Part shown: piece by piece, positions 36,985 through 46,490 of the stretch | Numbering within the stretch: the first letter of the stretch is position 1 | How the letters are laid out: each line of letters begins with the position of its first letter | IMG/VR virus record: IMGVR_UViG_3300027974_001900 | Location: 1 to 64,000 of that record | Length of the DNA: 64,000 nucleotides | From: a virus | Reading direction: 5' to 3' (one strand) | The notes under the pieces: model-generated | The model's database searches: none | Told to the model about the DNA's origin: nothing | What the model saw: the letters and a program-made list of their open reading frames with translations, nothing else | Made by a program: the position numbers and the translations under genes

Positions 36985-39042
36985 TTACTCTTCCATTATG
37001 GTTTCTAAATCCCGGTCAAGTTTATTTAATTGATCCTCGGCTGACTTATTATAATTAGTATCGATTGACTCTGCAATACCTTTTGCTAAACGATCTGATG
37101 TAACATAACCGAATCCAAAGGCATTTCTTTTAGAATTCTTACCGTAAGCTTGACTTCCCCATAAAGACTTAACGTGTCTTGTAAATGGTCCACGATCTTC
37201 TCTTTTGTCATCATCAGTTGGTTTATATTTTTTACCTTTAGAACTAAGAGTTAAGTAAGAACCATCAGCGTATTCAATCTTTACAGGTTTATCTTGTTTA
37301 TCTCTTTTTACAACACTATCTCTTTTAGCTGGGGCTTCTGGCGGTGGTGCTGCCAAAAGTGGTGAACCACCTTCTTCCCCAGGGGCTGGAGCTGCTTCTG
37401 GAGCTGGAGCTGCTTCTCCGCCAGCTGGTGCGGCTCCAGCTTCTCCTCCTTCTGGTGGAGGCGGAGTTATTGCTGCCCCTAATGTTCCTGGTCCTCCACC
37501 TAGTCCGCCTTCTATACCACCTGTAGGTTCAGCCGAAAGCGATGGACCGCCCATTCCACTCATATCACCTGCTGACGGCATATCTTGTGCAGATGCTTCA
37601 ATTGCAGCATCAACTCTCTTATCATAGAAACGTTGTCTTTCAATCTTCTCAAAATCTTCATCAGACATACCGAATATATTTTTTGAAACATATTGACGAG
37701 AAAAGAAGTTTGCACCAAGTGCTTTAGATGCAACGTCTAGTTTTTGGCTCAATCCCTCTAATTCTTGCATCATTGCAATACGAGAAGGATTATTTAGAGA
37801 GAGTTTAAAAGAAATTAAGTCATCACCTCTGAACCCAAGAGTATAAAGATGCACGATGCCAATCTTTTCCATTTCTGAAAGCATTGCTCTTTGCAGTCTT
37901 TGAACTGTTCTTGCAAAACGAATGTCTTTTTGAGCAAGTGTAGACTTATCTTCTTTATCTGACTCAGATTGTGAAAGATAAGCTCCTGGGATTTTAATTG
38001 CGGCAAATAACTTATTCTTTAAGTATTTAATATCTTCAATTGAATCAATACCTTTTTGACCGGCAAGTGGAGTAATCTTAGATACAGAACCAGCGCGGAC
38101 AGGAAGGTAATAATCTTCCTCAACGCTTAGAGGATTATAGCGAAGATCTACTTGTCCTGTTGTATCATCTACAACTTGATGTCTTTTAAGCTGTGTAATA
38201 ACGCGCTGCATATATTGCTCAACATCTTCTGGAGGAATGCCTGAAACGTCGATCTCAAATACTTTTCTGTCTGGTGCGCGAATAACTCTTGCTGCCATCA
38301 TCGCATCTTCTACGAGAATTAACTGACGCCAAATTCTTCTTGCTGGATCTAATACTGATGTGCCGTATGGAGCATACTTATCATTTCCTAATACACGAAA
38401 GTGAGCAATCTGCCAATTTTCAAACGTCAAACCGCCAGCATTCCATTGGAATTGTAGATAATTAGGGTTTGTTTGATCTTGACCTTCTAATCTCTCAACT
38501 TCCTGCGAAGGAAGGCCAATCGCTGCTTTAACACCAAGAACTTCGTCTGTATCAAGATACAAAAAGAAATCTCCATACTTACACATTGTTCTTGCCCAGT
38601 TAAAGAGATTTGATTCAATGTTTAGTGTTTTGTAGAATAAAGTATCAATAATGTTCTTGATTTCTTCGTTGTGGCAATCAATCTTTAATAGCTTTGAAAC
38701 CTCTGTAAAGGTCGTCATTTCATCTGCATAAACATCAAGAGCAGATGCCAACTCTGGATAAAATTCCATTTGCTCAAAGTCAACATATCTTTCTGCACGG
38801 CTTTGAATAGCCATGTTCCCAGAACGAAGTGAATCAAACGGGTTATAAACATTTTTCTTGTATGATAAGCCTTGTAGAGAATTAAACTTGCTTGCATACT
38901 TGTCTAATTGAAACTTTCTTTCTCTTGTTGGTTTTTGTGCTCTAAAATTAATGATAGGACCAGAGAACAACTTTGTTAATCTCTTAAATAAAGGAGACGC
39001 ACTATTTTTTGGATTGTTTCTCTGATCTGCTTTATTTGCCAT
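36985..39042 (-). CDS. Portal protein (T4 gp20-like) with long low-complexity C-terminus
   Basis: PELASALDVYADE, IAHFR, PYGTSVL, LVEDAMM..RVIRAPDRKVFEIDV, EDYYLPVR, DIRFAR. Confidence 0.93.
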   Translation of the reverse strand: MANKADQRNNPKNSASPLFKRLTKLFSGPIINFRAQKPTRERKFQLDKYASKFNSLQGLSYKKNVYNPFDSLRSGNMAIQSRAERYVDFEQMEFYPELASALDVYADEMTTFTEVSKLLKIDCHNEEIKNIIDTLFYKTLNIESNLFNWARTMCKYGDFFLYLDTDEVLGVKAAIGLPSQEVERLEGQDQTNPNYLQFQWNAGGLTFENWQIAHFRVLGNDKYAPYGTSVLDPARRIWRQLILVEDAMMAARVIRAPDRKVFEIDVSGIPPEDVEQYMQRVITQLKRHQVVDDTTGQVDLRYNPLSVEEDYYLPVRAGSVSKITPLAGQKGIDSIEDIKYLKNKLFAAIKIPGAYLSQSESDKEDKSTLAQKDIRFARTVQRLQRAMLSEMEKIGIVHLYTLGFRGDDLISFKLSLNNPSRIAMMQELEGLSQKLDVASKALGANFFSRQYVSKNIFGMSDEDFEKIERQRFYDKRVDAAIEASAQDMPSAGDMSGMGGPSLSAEPTGGIEGGLGGGPGTLGAAITPPPPEGGEAGAAPAGGEAAPAPEAAPAPGEEGGSPLLAAPPPEAPAKRDSVVKRDKQDKPVKIEYADGSYLTLSSKGKKYKPTDDDKREDRGPFTRHVKSLWGSQAYGKNSKRNAFGFGYVTSDRLAKGIAESIDTNYNKSAEDQLNKLDRDLETIMEE

Positions 39043-39051
39043 TTTTTATTC

Positions 39052-40635
39052 TCACTTCATTAACCAAGAGAACTCTCTTGCGTTGTTGTATGCTTCAGCC
39101 CACTTCTTGCGATTTTCGGCTTTTGCGTGTTCAGGCATTCCAGGTATTGATGACTCAAATGTTCTTCCGCCAGTATTTATTCCGCTGATAAATGCTTGAC
39201 GGTATTGTACATCTCTTTGAGAAATTATTAAGGCCCCTTCTCTTACCCAGCAGGCAATTGCACAGGACATTACTAAATCGTCATTACTACCTTTAATTGC
39301 CTCCGCTTTTCCGTTGTTCCAAACAAATGTTTCTAACTCATTAATTAGTCTTTCAGAATTGATTTTTATTATCTTGTTTCTTAAAAATTCTTCCATCTTT
39401 GCAATAGCAAGGGGGCGCATCTTAACGTTTGTATTGAAACCAGGAACGGCACTTGAATCATACAATGCTGTCATCGGCTCAATAAAATCATAACTTGATT
39501 TTTTGTGGTGGTAAATAGCTGGATGTCTCATTGATTTGAGTTTTTCTAACACTCCGTAACCAAATGAGTTATTCTCTACAACCGTTAAACAAAAACCATA
39601 ATCTTTTGATGTCTCAAATAATAATTCTGCGTATGCTTCTGGGGCTAACTTGCCTTGGTATTCTGCCACTTGTTCCATAGAATCAACATCGTAAATGTTA
39701 AATGCAGAATTATCTTCCGCATCTCCACGGGCAACGTCGGCAGAAAGTAAGTACCTTCTTCCTGGTTCTGGTTCTTTCCAAATCCATAGATTTCCATCAA
39801 AACCACCTCTTCTTATTGGTTTTGATGTTCCATCTTTCATCTCTTGTAGAATTACACCGTCAACAATTGTGTTTCCAGAAAAATTAAAAGAGCATTCGTA
39901 TTCTTGTGCAATGTCCTTCGCACTAAGGTTTTTAGTATTTTCTTCCCACCATTTTTGGTCTCTGTCTGGGTGGGCGTCCCAGTTTAGCTTAATAGGATTA
40001 AAGTTGTTCTTTCCTGTCTCCGCATCTGTATAAGTCTTGTGAAACCAGTTACCAACGCCTTTTGGAGTTGATACGGCGATACAGCGACCACCAGTGGCAA
40101 TTGTAGGATAAATACCAGCCCACATTTCATCCATACCTTGAATGATGCCAGCTTCGTCAACAATGAGCAAAGAAAGAGCTTCGGAACGACCAGAGTCGCC
40201 AGTTGTTGATGCTGCCTTAACCCAAGAGCCATTATTTAATTCAAGAGTGCTTTTGTTGTCATTCTTAACCTTAGCAATCTTCATCCAATCAGGAAGATTG
40301 TTATACATTAACTTAACCTTCTTAACCATACCAACGGCAACGTTTAATTGCGTGGCAACAGATAAGACAGTCTTTTCCCTATGGAATAATACCATCCAAA
40401 GAATAAAGCCCGCAGTTGCAGTCGAAAGACCCATCTGGCGAGCTTTGAGTACGATGTTAAATCTATAATCTTGAAATTGTTTTATACAATCTTCTTGGAA
40501 TGGATAAAGTTTAAAACTAATAAGTCCTTGGACTGGATGAGAAATTTTGACAAAGTTATTGATAAAATAAATGGGGTCTTTCCCACATTTAATTATTTCT
40601 TTAACAACTTCCTTCTTAGTTAATTGGACACTCAT
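39052..40635 (-). CDS. Terminase large subunit (T4 gp17-like)
   Basis: CGKDPIYF, LKARQMGLS, LIVDEAG, STPKG, QEYEC, ADVARG, DDLVMS. Confidence 0.95.
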   Translation of the reverse strand: MSVQLTKKEVVKEIIKCGKDPIYFINNFVKISHPVQGLISFKLYPFQEDCIKQFQDYRFNIVLKARQMGLSTATAGFILWMVLFHREKTVLSVATQLNVAVGMVKKVKLMYNNLPDWMKIAKVKNDNKSTLELNNGSWVKAASTTGDSGRSEALSLLIVDEAGIIQGMDEMWAGIYPTIATGGRCIAVSTPKGVGNWFHKTYTDAETGKNNFNPIKLNWDAHPDRDQKWWEENTKNLSAKDIAQEYECSFNFSGNTIVDGVILQEMKDGTSKPIRRGGFDGNLWIWKEPEPGRRYLLSADVARGDAEDNSAFNIYDVDSMEQVAEYQGKLAPEAYAELLFETSKDYGFCLTVVENNSFGYGVLEKLKSMRHPAIYHHKKSSYDFIEPMTALYDSSAVPGFNTNVKMRPLAIAKMEEFLRNKIIKINSERLINELETFVWNNGKAEAIKGSNDDLVMSCAIACWVREGALIISQRDVQYRQAFISGINTGGRTFESSIPGMPEHAKAENRKKWAEAYNNAREFSWLMK

Positions 40636-41222
40636 GCAACTCGCTTAGGAGCTTCTTCTGCCTTCTTCTTGTTCTTAAAGAGGCTCTTGTGATACTTTTC
40701 GTAATCAGCAACAATCTGACTCTTATACTCTTCTGGCTCGGGAATACCAGTAAGTTCGTAGCATTTATGTGCCGTTACAGACGTTCTAAAACGAGAAATT
40801 GGCTGAATTAAAACGTCGAAATCCTTAACTGTTTTTCCGTTCTTTAATGTTTTCTTGGCTTCTTTTGTTGCAAGACTTTTCTTTGTTGTAGCCTTAAATT
40901 GTTTTTTGACGAATGCAAGACATTTTTCAATAGTGCTTTCGATTTCGTCTTCAAACTTTCCAGCTCCCATCCTATGAATCTCGTTGAGCGGAATTTCTGC
41001 GTGGTAATTAATAGTCAGCTTTCTACCACCGACTTTAACGTGAAAACCATCCATAATTCTTTTGTCTACTAAGTAATTGCCTTCTTCTCTTCGTAAGCCA
41101 ACTTTGTTGTCAATGTCTTCGTTGTAGGTTGGTCCATCATAAGCCAGAGACATCGCTTGACCAATCCCACGGACAATTTCGTAAATATCATTTTGGACCT
41201 CGTTGTTTACTATTTCTGCCAT
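40632..41222 (-). CDS. Hypothetical protein upstream of terminase
   Basis: Likely start MAEIVNN at 41222; its stop overlaps the terminase start. Confidence 0.65.
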   Translation of the reverse strand: MAEIVNNEVQNDIYEIVRGIGQAMSLAYDGPTYNEDIDNKVGLRREEGNYLVDKRIMDGFHVKVGGRKLTINYHAEIPLNEIHRMGAGKFEDEIESTIEKCLAFVKKQFKATTKKSLATKEAKKTLKNGKTVKDFDVLIQPISRFRTSVTAHKCYELTGIPEPEEYKSQIVADYEKYHKSLFKNKKKAEEAPKRVA

Positions 41223-41566
41223 TTTGTTTCTCTTCCTTCTAGGTGTAAGACGTAGCAATTAAAACAACAATTAAACTTTGTCATATACATTTCGTCTGCT
41301 GCTTTATATACTTGATCTCCGCAGTAAGAACAATTTTTAAAGTTCCTCTTATTAAGTAGTTTTTCCCTGAGAATAAAACCACCCTGATCAACTTGGTTTT
41401 CATAAGGTTGTTGACGATAAAAATTCTCAACTGCCTTAACCTGATCAAGGTAGGTTTTTTCTTTCTCGGGTGTCCAAAGAGAAGAAGGGTCTAATACAGC
41501 TTTTTCACCGTATTTATCTTCAACGGCTTTTTCTAGTGCCGAGATCTGTTTTGGATCAAAAGGCAT
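41210..41566 (-). CDS. Hypothetical zinc-finger protein
   Basis: CSYC...CCFNCY; SD GAGG. Confidence 0.65.
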   Translation of the reverse strand: MPFDPKQISALEKAVEDKYGEKAVLDPSSLWTPEKEKTYLDQVKAVENFYRQQPYENQVDQGGFILREKLLNKRNFKNCSYCGDQVYKAADEMYMTKFNCCFNCYVLHLEGRETKWQK

Positions 41567-41575
41567 AACTACCTC

Positions 41576-41734
41576 TTATTTTGGCTTTGGAGCGCCACCT
41601 TTGTGGACTTTCTCGTTCCAGCCTTTGGTGTTTGGATCACCGGCTTTTGGCCAGTTATGACCTTTTCCACCTGGGCTTTGTGTGAATGGAGCAACTTTTG
41701 CTGGTCCGTGTCCTTTTGGCTTTTGATCTGACAT
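41576..41734 (-). CDS. 52-aa Gly/Pro/Lys-rich peptide, not in the ORF track
   Basis: MSDQKPKGHGPAKVAPFTQSPGGKGHNWPKAGDPNTKGWNEKVHKGGAPKPK; SD AGGAGG; late motif at 41760. Confidence 0.75.
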   Translation of the reverse strand: MSDQKPKGHGPAKVAPFTQSPGGKGHNWPKAGDPNTKGWNEKVHKGGAPKPK

Positions 41735-41759
41735 AATTAATCCTCCTGAGATTATACAA

Positions 41760-41767
41760 TAAATAGT
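41760..41767 (-). promoter_or_regulatory. Putative late promoter ACTATTTA for the terminase/head operon
   Basis: 26 nt upstream of ATG 41734. Confidence 0.7.
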
Positions 41768-41770
41768 ATC

Positions 41771-41809
41771 ATAAAATAAAAAGGCGTCAAGGTTTTAATC
41801 TTGACGCCT
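41771..41809 (-). terminator. Intrinsic terminator
   Basis: aggcgtcaag/cttgacgcct 10-bp stem plus U-rich tract. Confidence 0.8.
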
Positions 41810-41827
41810 CCGAATTATTAGAAGAAA

Positions 41828-41881
41828 TTATTTCTTTTTCTTCTCGTCTTTCTTTACTGGTTTTTCTTGCTTCTTTGCCAT
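41828..41881 (-). CDS. 17-aa lysine-rich micro-ORF
   Basis: MAKKQEKPVKKDEKKKK; SD AGGAGGT; late motif upstream and terminator downstream. Confidence 0.65.
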   Translation of the reverse strand: MAKKQEKPVKKDEKKKK

Positions 41882-41908
41882 GATATACCTCCTAACCTTT
41901 CGGTGTTA

Positions 41909-41916
41909 TAAATAGT
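41909..41916 (-). promoter_or_regulatory. Putative late promoter ACTATTTA
   Basis: 28 nt upstream of ATG 41881. Confidence 0.7.
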
Positions 41917-44900
41917 TAGTTAATGTATGCAAATCCCTCTTCATCCTTCTGAATCTCGATAATTTTATCCACTGAGTCTTTTAATGTATCTAAGTGAGTG
42001 ATTAATAATACAGTTTTAAATTGAGATTTAATCATTTCTAAAACTTTGATAAAACTGTCCATATGTTCCGCATCCAAAGATGTAGCTGGCTCATCAAGAA
42101 TAAATACGTTGCTTACTGGCAAGCTGCCACATTTAATCAGAGCTAATCTAATCGCCATAGCAACCAAGGACTTTTCTGCTCCTGAGCAGTTTTCAATCGC
42201 TCTCGGAGAAGAATTAGGATGCTGAATGTAAATTTCTAATCTACCTTCTTCATTTGCAAAGTAAGCTTCAAACTCGACAATGTTTGCCAAAAGACCGTTT
42301 ATTTCTTCGTTGATTATTGGCAGAGTTCTTTTAATTAATTCAAACGGAATACCGCTATTATGTGTGCATTTTAGAAATAACTCATAAGATGAATGTTCTG
42401 CTTTTAGTTTATTAAGTTCCTCTATTTCTTTCTCGTATGTATCAATTTGTTGCTCTAATGACGCTAAGTTTCCTACTGCTTTTGTATGATCGTTTTCCGC
42501 TGTCTTTAAAGATTCTTGTGTAGAATTCTTTTTCTTAACGAGATTAACAAGGTCTTTTTTCAATTCGTTAATGTTGTCGTATAAATCTTTGTTTGATTCA
42601 TAACGATTAATTATTTTTTCATTCTCCACAAGTTCTGTCTCAACCTCTGACTTGGTATTTTGCAACTTAACTATCTCTTTTAAGAGAGAGGAGATTTTGC
42701 TGGATGCTTCATTAGATTTATCTTTAAGCTTTGTAAGTTTATCAAGGTATTCGTTAACTTTGTCTATCTCTAACTTTAATAGATCACCTCTTAAAGCTGC
42801 TTCTTGTTCTTCGATCGTTTTAAGAGCCAACTCTACTATTGAGATTTCTGTTAGGGATTCCAGTGCGCTCTTCTTAAATGAGCATTCTTTAAATTGGTCT
42901 TTGCCGCAAGCAGCTAAATCAATAAGCTCGGCAGACTTTCTATAGATTGAAAGAGAATTGTTTTTCATCTTCTTCTCGGAGAGAAGAGAATCAATCTCTT
43001 TTAGAATCTTTTTAGAAGCTTCCTGTTTTACTTTAAGTTCTTCTACATTAAGTTTCTCTACGACTTGATTAATCTTTTCAATGGTTTCTTCGTGAGTTTT
43101 TAATTCAGCTGATTTTTTCTCAATAGCTATTTTTGTCAGAGAAAGCTGAAAGTTTAATTCTCCGTGAGTCAACCAAGCTTTCTCGATGTCAATTGGCTCT
43201 TCTACCTTTGCAAGGTCAGCGGTCAGCTTTGTAATTTTATCTTGTAAAACTTGTTGCTCTGCTTTTAAAGCTTCTACATTCTTGGCTTCTTCGTATAATT
43301 TATCAATCGCTAAATGATGCTTTATGTGTATGTCGCCAAGTATTTTTGAGTAATCTTTGTCAGTTTTCTTAATCAAGGTTTTAAGTTCATTGGCATACTG
43401 GTTAGCTGGCTTATGTTTATTTTCAAAGATCTGTAAATCAAGAAAGTTAGCAAGGACTTCCTTTCTTTTTGTTGACCCTTCATTAATAAAGTCTAATGAG
43501 CCGTGTTGAGTTGACAGACAAGTATTACAGAAGTCTTCATAAGTTCCGATCTCTTTGCGAATGTTCTTGTCTGTCTCCATTCTATCGTTGCCATTAAATG
43601 GCATAACGCTTGCTCCCGCAAAAATCTCGAAATCTAATTCTGTTTTGCCTTCTTCTATTATCTTCCCTTTTGATTTCTTAGTAATTTTTTCTGTCTTTCT
43701 TGTTATCGAGAGAATTTCATTCTCACTTAAACTAATGTAGGCGCTTCCATTACCTTCTTTCTTACGCTCATTAACTACATCAAAATTCTTACGAATGTTC
43801 TTAGAAGTTGTGTTAAACAAGGTGTAAAGAAGGCTGTCGATTATGCTGGACTTACCAGAATAATTCTTTCCAAAGATTCCAACAATTCCGCTTAATTCAT
43901 AAAAATCTATCTTGTTACCATCTTTATAATTAAAGAGATTATCCCACTCAAAATTATCAAGACTCCATTTAACATTTCTTGCAACATTATCAGATACTTC
44001 TGCATCAAGATTGAACTTAGTATTAATGTCTAATACTTGCTGCATCTGTTCTTCTGTAAGGTTTTCGGAAGCTAAGAACTCTTTGATTAGCTGTTGCTGA
44101 ACATTATTATCTCGGAGATTTAATTTTGTCTTATCACCCTTCTCTATCTCATTCTCAACCTCTTTGGCGTGCTTATTGACAACAGTAATAGACTTAGGTG
44201 AATAATTTTTTAGTATGTCTGTTTTAAGTTTATTGATCTGCTCTTGGTCATAATACTTATCCAATACTAAACGAACGTGTGAACCAACCTGGATAACAGG
44301 AAAAGATCCATCGTATTCAACAGTTATGAAAGGAGCTGGATTATTAAAGATTATTGGTTTTACAGAGAACTTATTTTTATCCTTGATGTCCCAAATAAGA
44401 ATTCCTTTCTCTGTCTCCTCTCCAAAGTTCTGTTGAATGGTTGAACCGCAATAAGCCACCTTGTCATTTAAGAATTGATGCTTATGAATGTCTCCAAGAA
44501 AACCATAATCAAAATCATCAAAGATTGACAGATTATCATCTGTATTCTTCATTGCCCAGCCAGTATCAGTCTTGGAGCCTTGAATTGCTCCGTGATACAA
44601 TGCAATGTTAATCTTTTCTGCGCTAGTTGGTTTAATCCAATTATCTCGATCAAAGATCGATAAAACATTCAGACAGAATTTATCATTAAGATGGAACTCA
44701 CCAGAATCTTTTAGAAGCTTAACTCTTGGACTATTAATAGCTTGAACAATTGGACTAATTGCATCTTGGCGATCAGCATTATTTAAATTACCATCGTGAT
44801 TACCAAGAATAATGTATAGAGGAGCTATGTCTGAAAGATTGTTGAATAGTTTTGTTGTCATCTCAACAAATTCTGGTGAGATGTTTGTTTTTGTATGTGC

Positions 44901-45035
44901 AACGTCTCCGCAACAAATGATTGCGTCTACTTTCTCTTTTTCAAGAGCATTATACATTTGTCCAAAGATGTTTTCGTAAATGTTGTGGTGTTTTAGATTT
45001 TTAATGTGAATATCTGCTAAATGGGCGAATTTCAT
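41916..45035 (-). CDS. Fused SbcD/Mre11 nuclease and SbcC/Rad50 ATPase (gp47-gp46-like)
   Basis: LADIH, CGDVAH, GNHD, LGDIHK; then GKNYSGKS, coiled-coil, CSGAE, FILDEP, ITH. Confidence 0.92.
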   Translation of the reverse strand: MKFAHLADIHIKNLKHHNIYENIFGQMYNALEKEKVDAIICCGDVAHTKTNISPEFVEMTTKLFNNLSDIAPLYIILGNHDGNLNNADRQDAISPIVQAINSPRVKLLKDSGEFHLNDKFCLNVLSIFDRDNWIKPTSAEKINIALYHGAIQGSKTDTGWAMKNTDDNLSIFDDFDYGFLGDIHKHQFLNDKVAYCGSTIQQNFGEETEKGILIWDIKDKNKFSVKPIIFNNPAPFITVEYDGSFPVIQVGSHVRLVLDKYYDQEQINKLKTDILKNYSPKSITVVNKHAKEVENEIEKGDKTKLNLRDNNVQQQLIKEFLASENLTEEQMQQVLDINTKFNLDAEVSDNVARNVKWSLDNFEWDNLFNYKDGNKIDFYELSGIVGIFGKNYSGKSSIIDSLLYTLFNTTSKNIRKNFDVVNERKKEGNGSAYISLSENEILSITRKTEKITKKSKGKIIEEGKTELDFEIFAGASVMPFNGNDRMETDKNIRKEIGTYEDFCNTCLSTQHGSLDFINEGSTKRKEVLANFLDLQIFENKHKPANQYANELKTLIKKTDKDYSKILGDIHIKHHLAIDKLYEEAKNVEALKAEQQVLQDKITKLTADLAKVEEPIDIEKAWLTHGELNFQLSLTKIAIEKKSAELKTHEETIEKINQVVEKLNVEELKVKQEASKKILKEIDSLLSEKKMKNNSLSIYRKSAELIDLAACGKDQFKECSFKKSALESLTEISIVELALKTIEEQEAALRGDLLKLEIDKVNEYLDKLTKLKDKSNEASSKISSLLKEIVKLQNTKSEVETELVENEKIINRYESNKDLYDNINELKKDLVNLVKKKNSTQESLKTAENDHTKAVGNLASLEQQIDTYEKEIEELNKLKAEHSSYELFLKCTHNSGIPFELIKRTLPIINEEINGLLANIVEFEAYFANEEGRLEIYIQHPNSSPRAIENCSGAEKSLVAMAIRLALIKCGSLPVSNVFILDEPATSLDAEHMDSFIKVLEMIKSQFKTVLLITHLDTLKDSVDKIIEIQKDEEGFAYIN

Positions 45036-45970
45036 GCAACCTCTAATTCTTGTTGTAGTAATGTATCATAGGTCATCAATCTGGCACAAGCCTTTCTCTT
45101 CTGGAATTGTTCTTTTGTCATTTCTCCTGCGTCTTTATAAGGTAGAATATCTATCTTATAGACCTCAACACCATAATTGATAAGCTTTCGTATAATCTCA
45201 CTTTCTTTCTTCGTCGCATCTGGATCTAACGCCATATACACAGTTGTATCATAGCCGACGATCTTCTGGAACAATTTACTTTCCTCTCTCAAAGTTGAAC
45301 CAAGCATTGGAATTGCGTTGTGCCCTGCTTTGATTGCGTCAAAGATTCCTTCGACAAGAATAATATCGCTGTCAAAATCTATGTATAGTTCATTAAAGAT
45401 TATATCTTTAGAAGACGGCGGTTGCTTAAACTTAGCAAACTTATCGCCAGTAATAGTTCTACCAATGAAGTAGTTTAGGTCACCATTAGAGTTGAACGAT
45501 GGAAAAATTATTCTGTCTTTGTATTCTCCGTCAAAGCAGAAACCAATCTTCCAATAAAGTATGTCTTCTTGAGTTACACCACGCTTCTTAAGATAGTTTA
45601 ATGATTTAGCGTGCGCTAGGAGCGTCGTTTTATTTGTGAGCGTCACGAACTTCTCTGGTAAAGAGAAAACCTCTTCACGAGCCTCTGGAGTGTCTGCAAA
45701 TAGATCGTCTAGGTTTGTATCAAGATCAACCTCTCCATCGAGCATTTTCCATCTCTGGAACATCTCAAAGGTGCCTTTTTTACGCACAAGTTTGCGAATA
45801 TTGCCTGCAACATCGCAGACCCAACACTTGTACTTGCTTTTCGTAAAATTTACAGAGAGTTTCTTTTTATGGTGTTTACAGAACGGACAATAATAAAGAT
45901 ATTCATTTCCTACTTTATGATGTTCACCAAGGAAAGAATCAACAATATTTAGCTTTTCAGTGATTTCCAT
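45032..45970 (-). CDS. DNA primase (zinc finger plus TOPRIM)
   Basis: CPFC...CWVC, YLKKRG, RIIFP, LVEGIFDA, LDPDA, KDAGE. Confidence 0.9.
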   Translation of the reverse strand: MEITEKLNIVDSFLGEHHKVGNEYLYYCPFCKHHKKKLSVNFTKSKYKCWVCDVAGNIRKLVRKKGTFEMFQRWKMLDGEVDLDTNLDDLFADTPEAREEVFSLPEKFVTLTNKTTLLAHAKSLNYLKKRGVTQEDILYWKIGFCFDGEYKDRIIFPSFNSNGDLNYFIGRTITGDKFAKFKQPPSSKDIIFNELYIDFDSDIILVEGIFDAIKAGHNAIPMLGSTLREESKLFQKIVGYDTTVYMALDPDATKKESEIIRKLINYGVEVYKIDILPYKDAGEMTKEQFQKRKACARLMTYDTLLQQELEVA

Positions 45971-46473
45971 TGTAAATAACCGGCCTTAGCGATAATAAAA
46001 CTATCGCTTCTATCCATAGAACCCGGAACAGGGTTCCCGTGTGCGGTCAATTCTACCTTAAAGTCTGGTTCTTGGTCAAGTACAGCTTCAAACACAACTT
46101 CTTTTGCTTTTCTTCCTTTCTCCATTTTCACGCCATACATTCTACGAGCCGTAGCAGCAGAAATAAATTGAGGATCTAAACCAATTACATCACAACAAAT
46201 CCAGGAAACAATACCATTGAATCTCATTAATGTTGAAATTGTTTTAGCAGAAGACATACCAGCGGAGAAAGACATAAGAGGTTCTTCTACATAGATTGCT
46301 TTAATGTCGTATGTTTTATTAAGATTATCAACATACTTTTTAATATTTGAAGCTTTAATAAAAATGTCTTTAAGTTTTTCTAATCTTACCGCTTCACACA
46401 AGACGATCTTACCATCTTCGTCCAAGATAGTAAACGCAGTAATTGTTGTTGAGATATCAAGTCCTAAAATCAT
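45949..46473 (-). CDS. RuvC-like Holliday junction resolvase
   Basis: MILGLDIS, IYVEEP, KEVV, DRSDS. Confidence 0.8.
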   Translation of the reverse strand: MILGLDISTTITAFTILDEDGKIVLCEAVRLEKLKDIFIKASNIKKYVDNLNKTYDIKAIYVEEPLMSFSAGMSSAKTISTLMRFNGIVSWICCDVIGLDPQFISAATARRMYGVKMEKGRKAKEVVFEAVLDQEPDFKVELTAHGNPVPGSMDRSDSFIIAKAGYLQWKSLKS

Positions 46474-46479
46474 GATTAA

Positions 46480-46488
46480 ATTGTATCA
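46480..46488 (-). promoter_or_regulatory. Extended -10 promoter, probably giving a leaderless transcript
   Basis: TGaTACAAT ending 7 nt before the A of ATG 46473; no SD. Confidence 0.55.
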
Positions 46489-46490
46489 GA

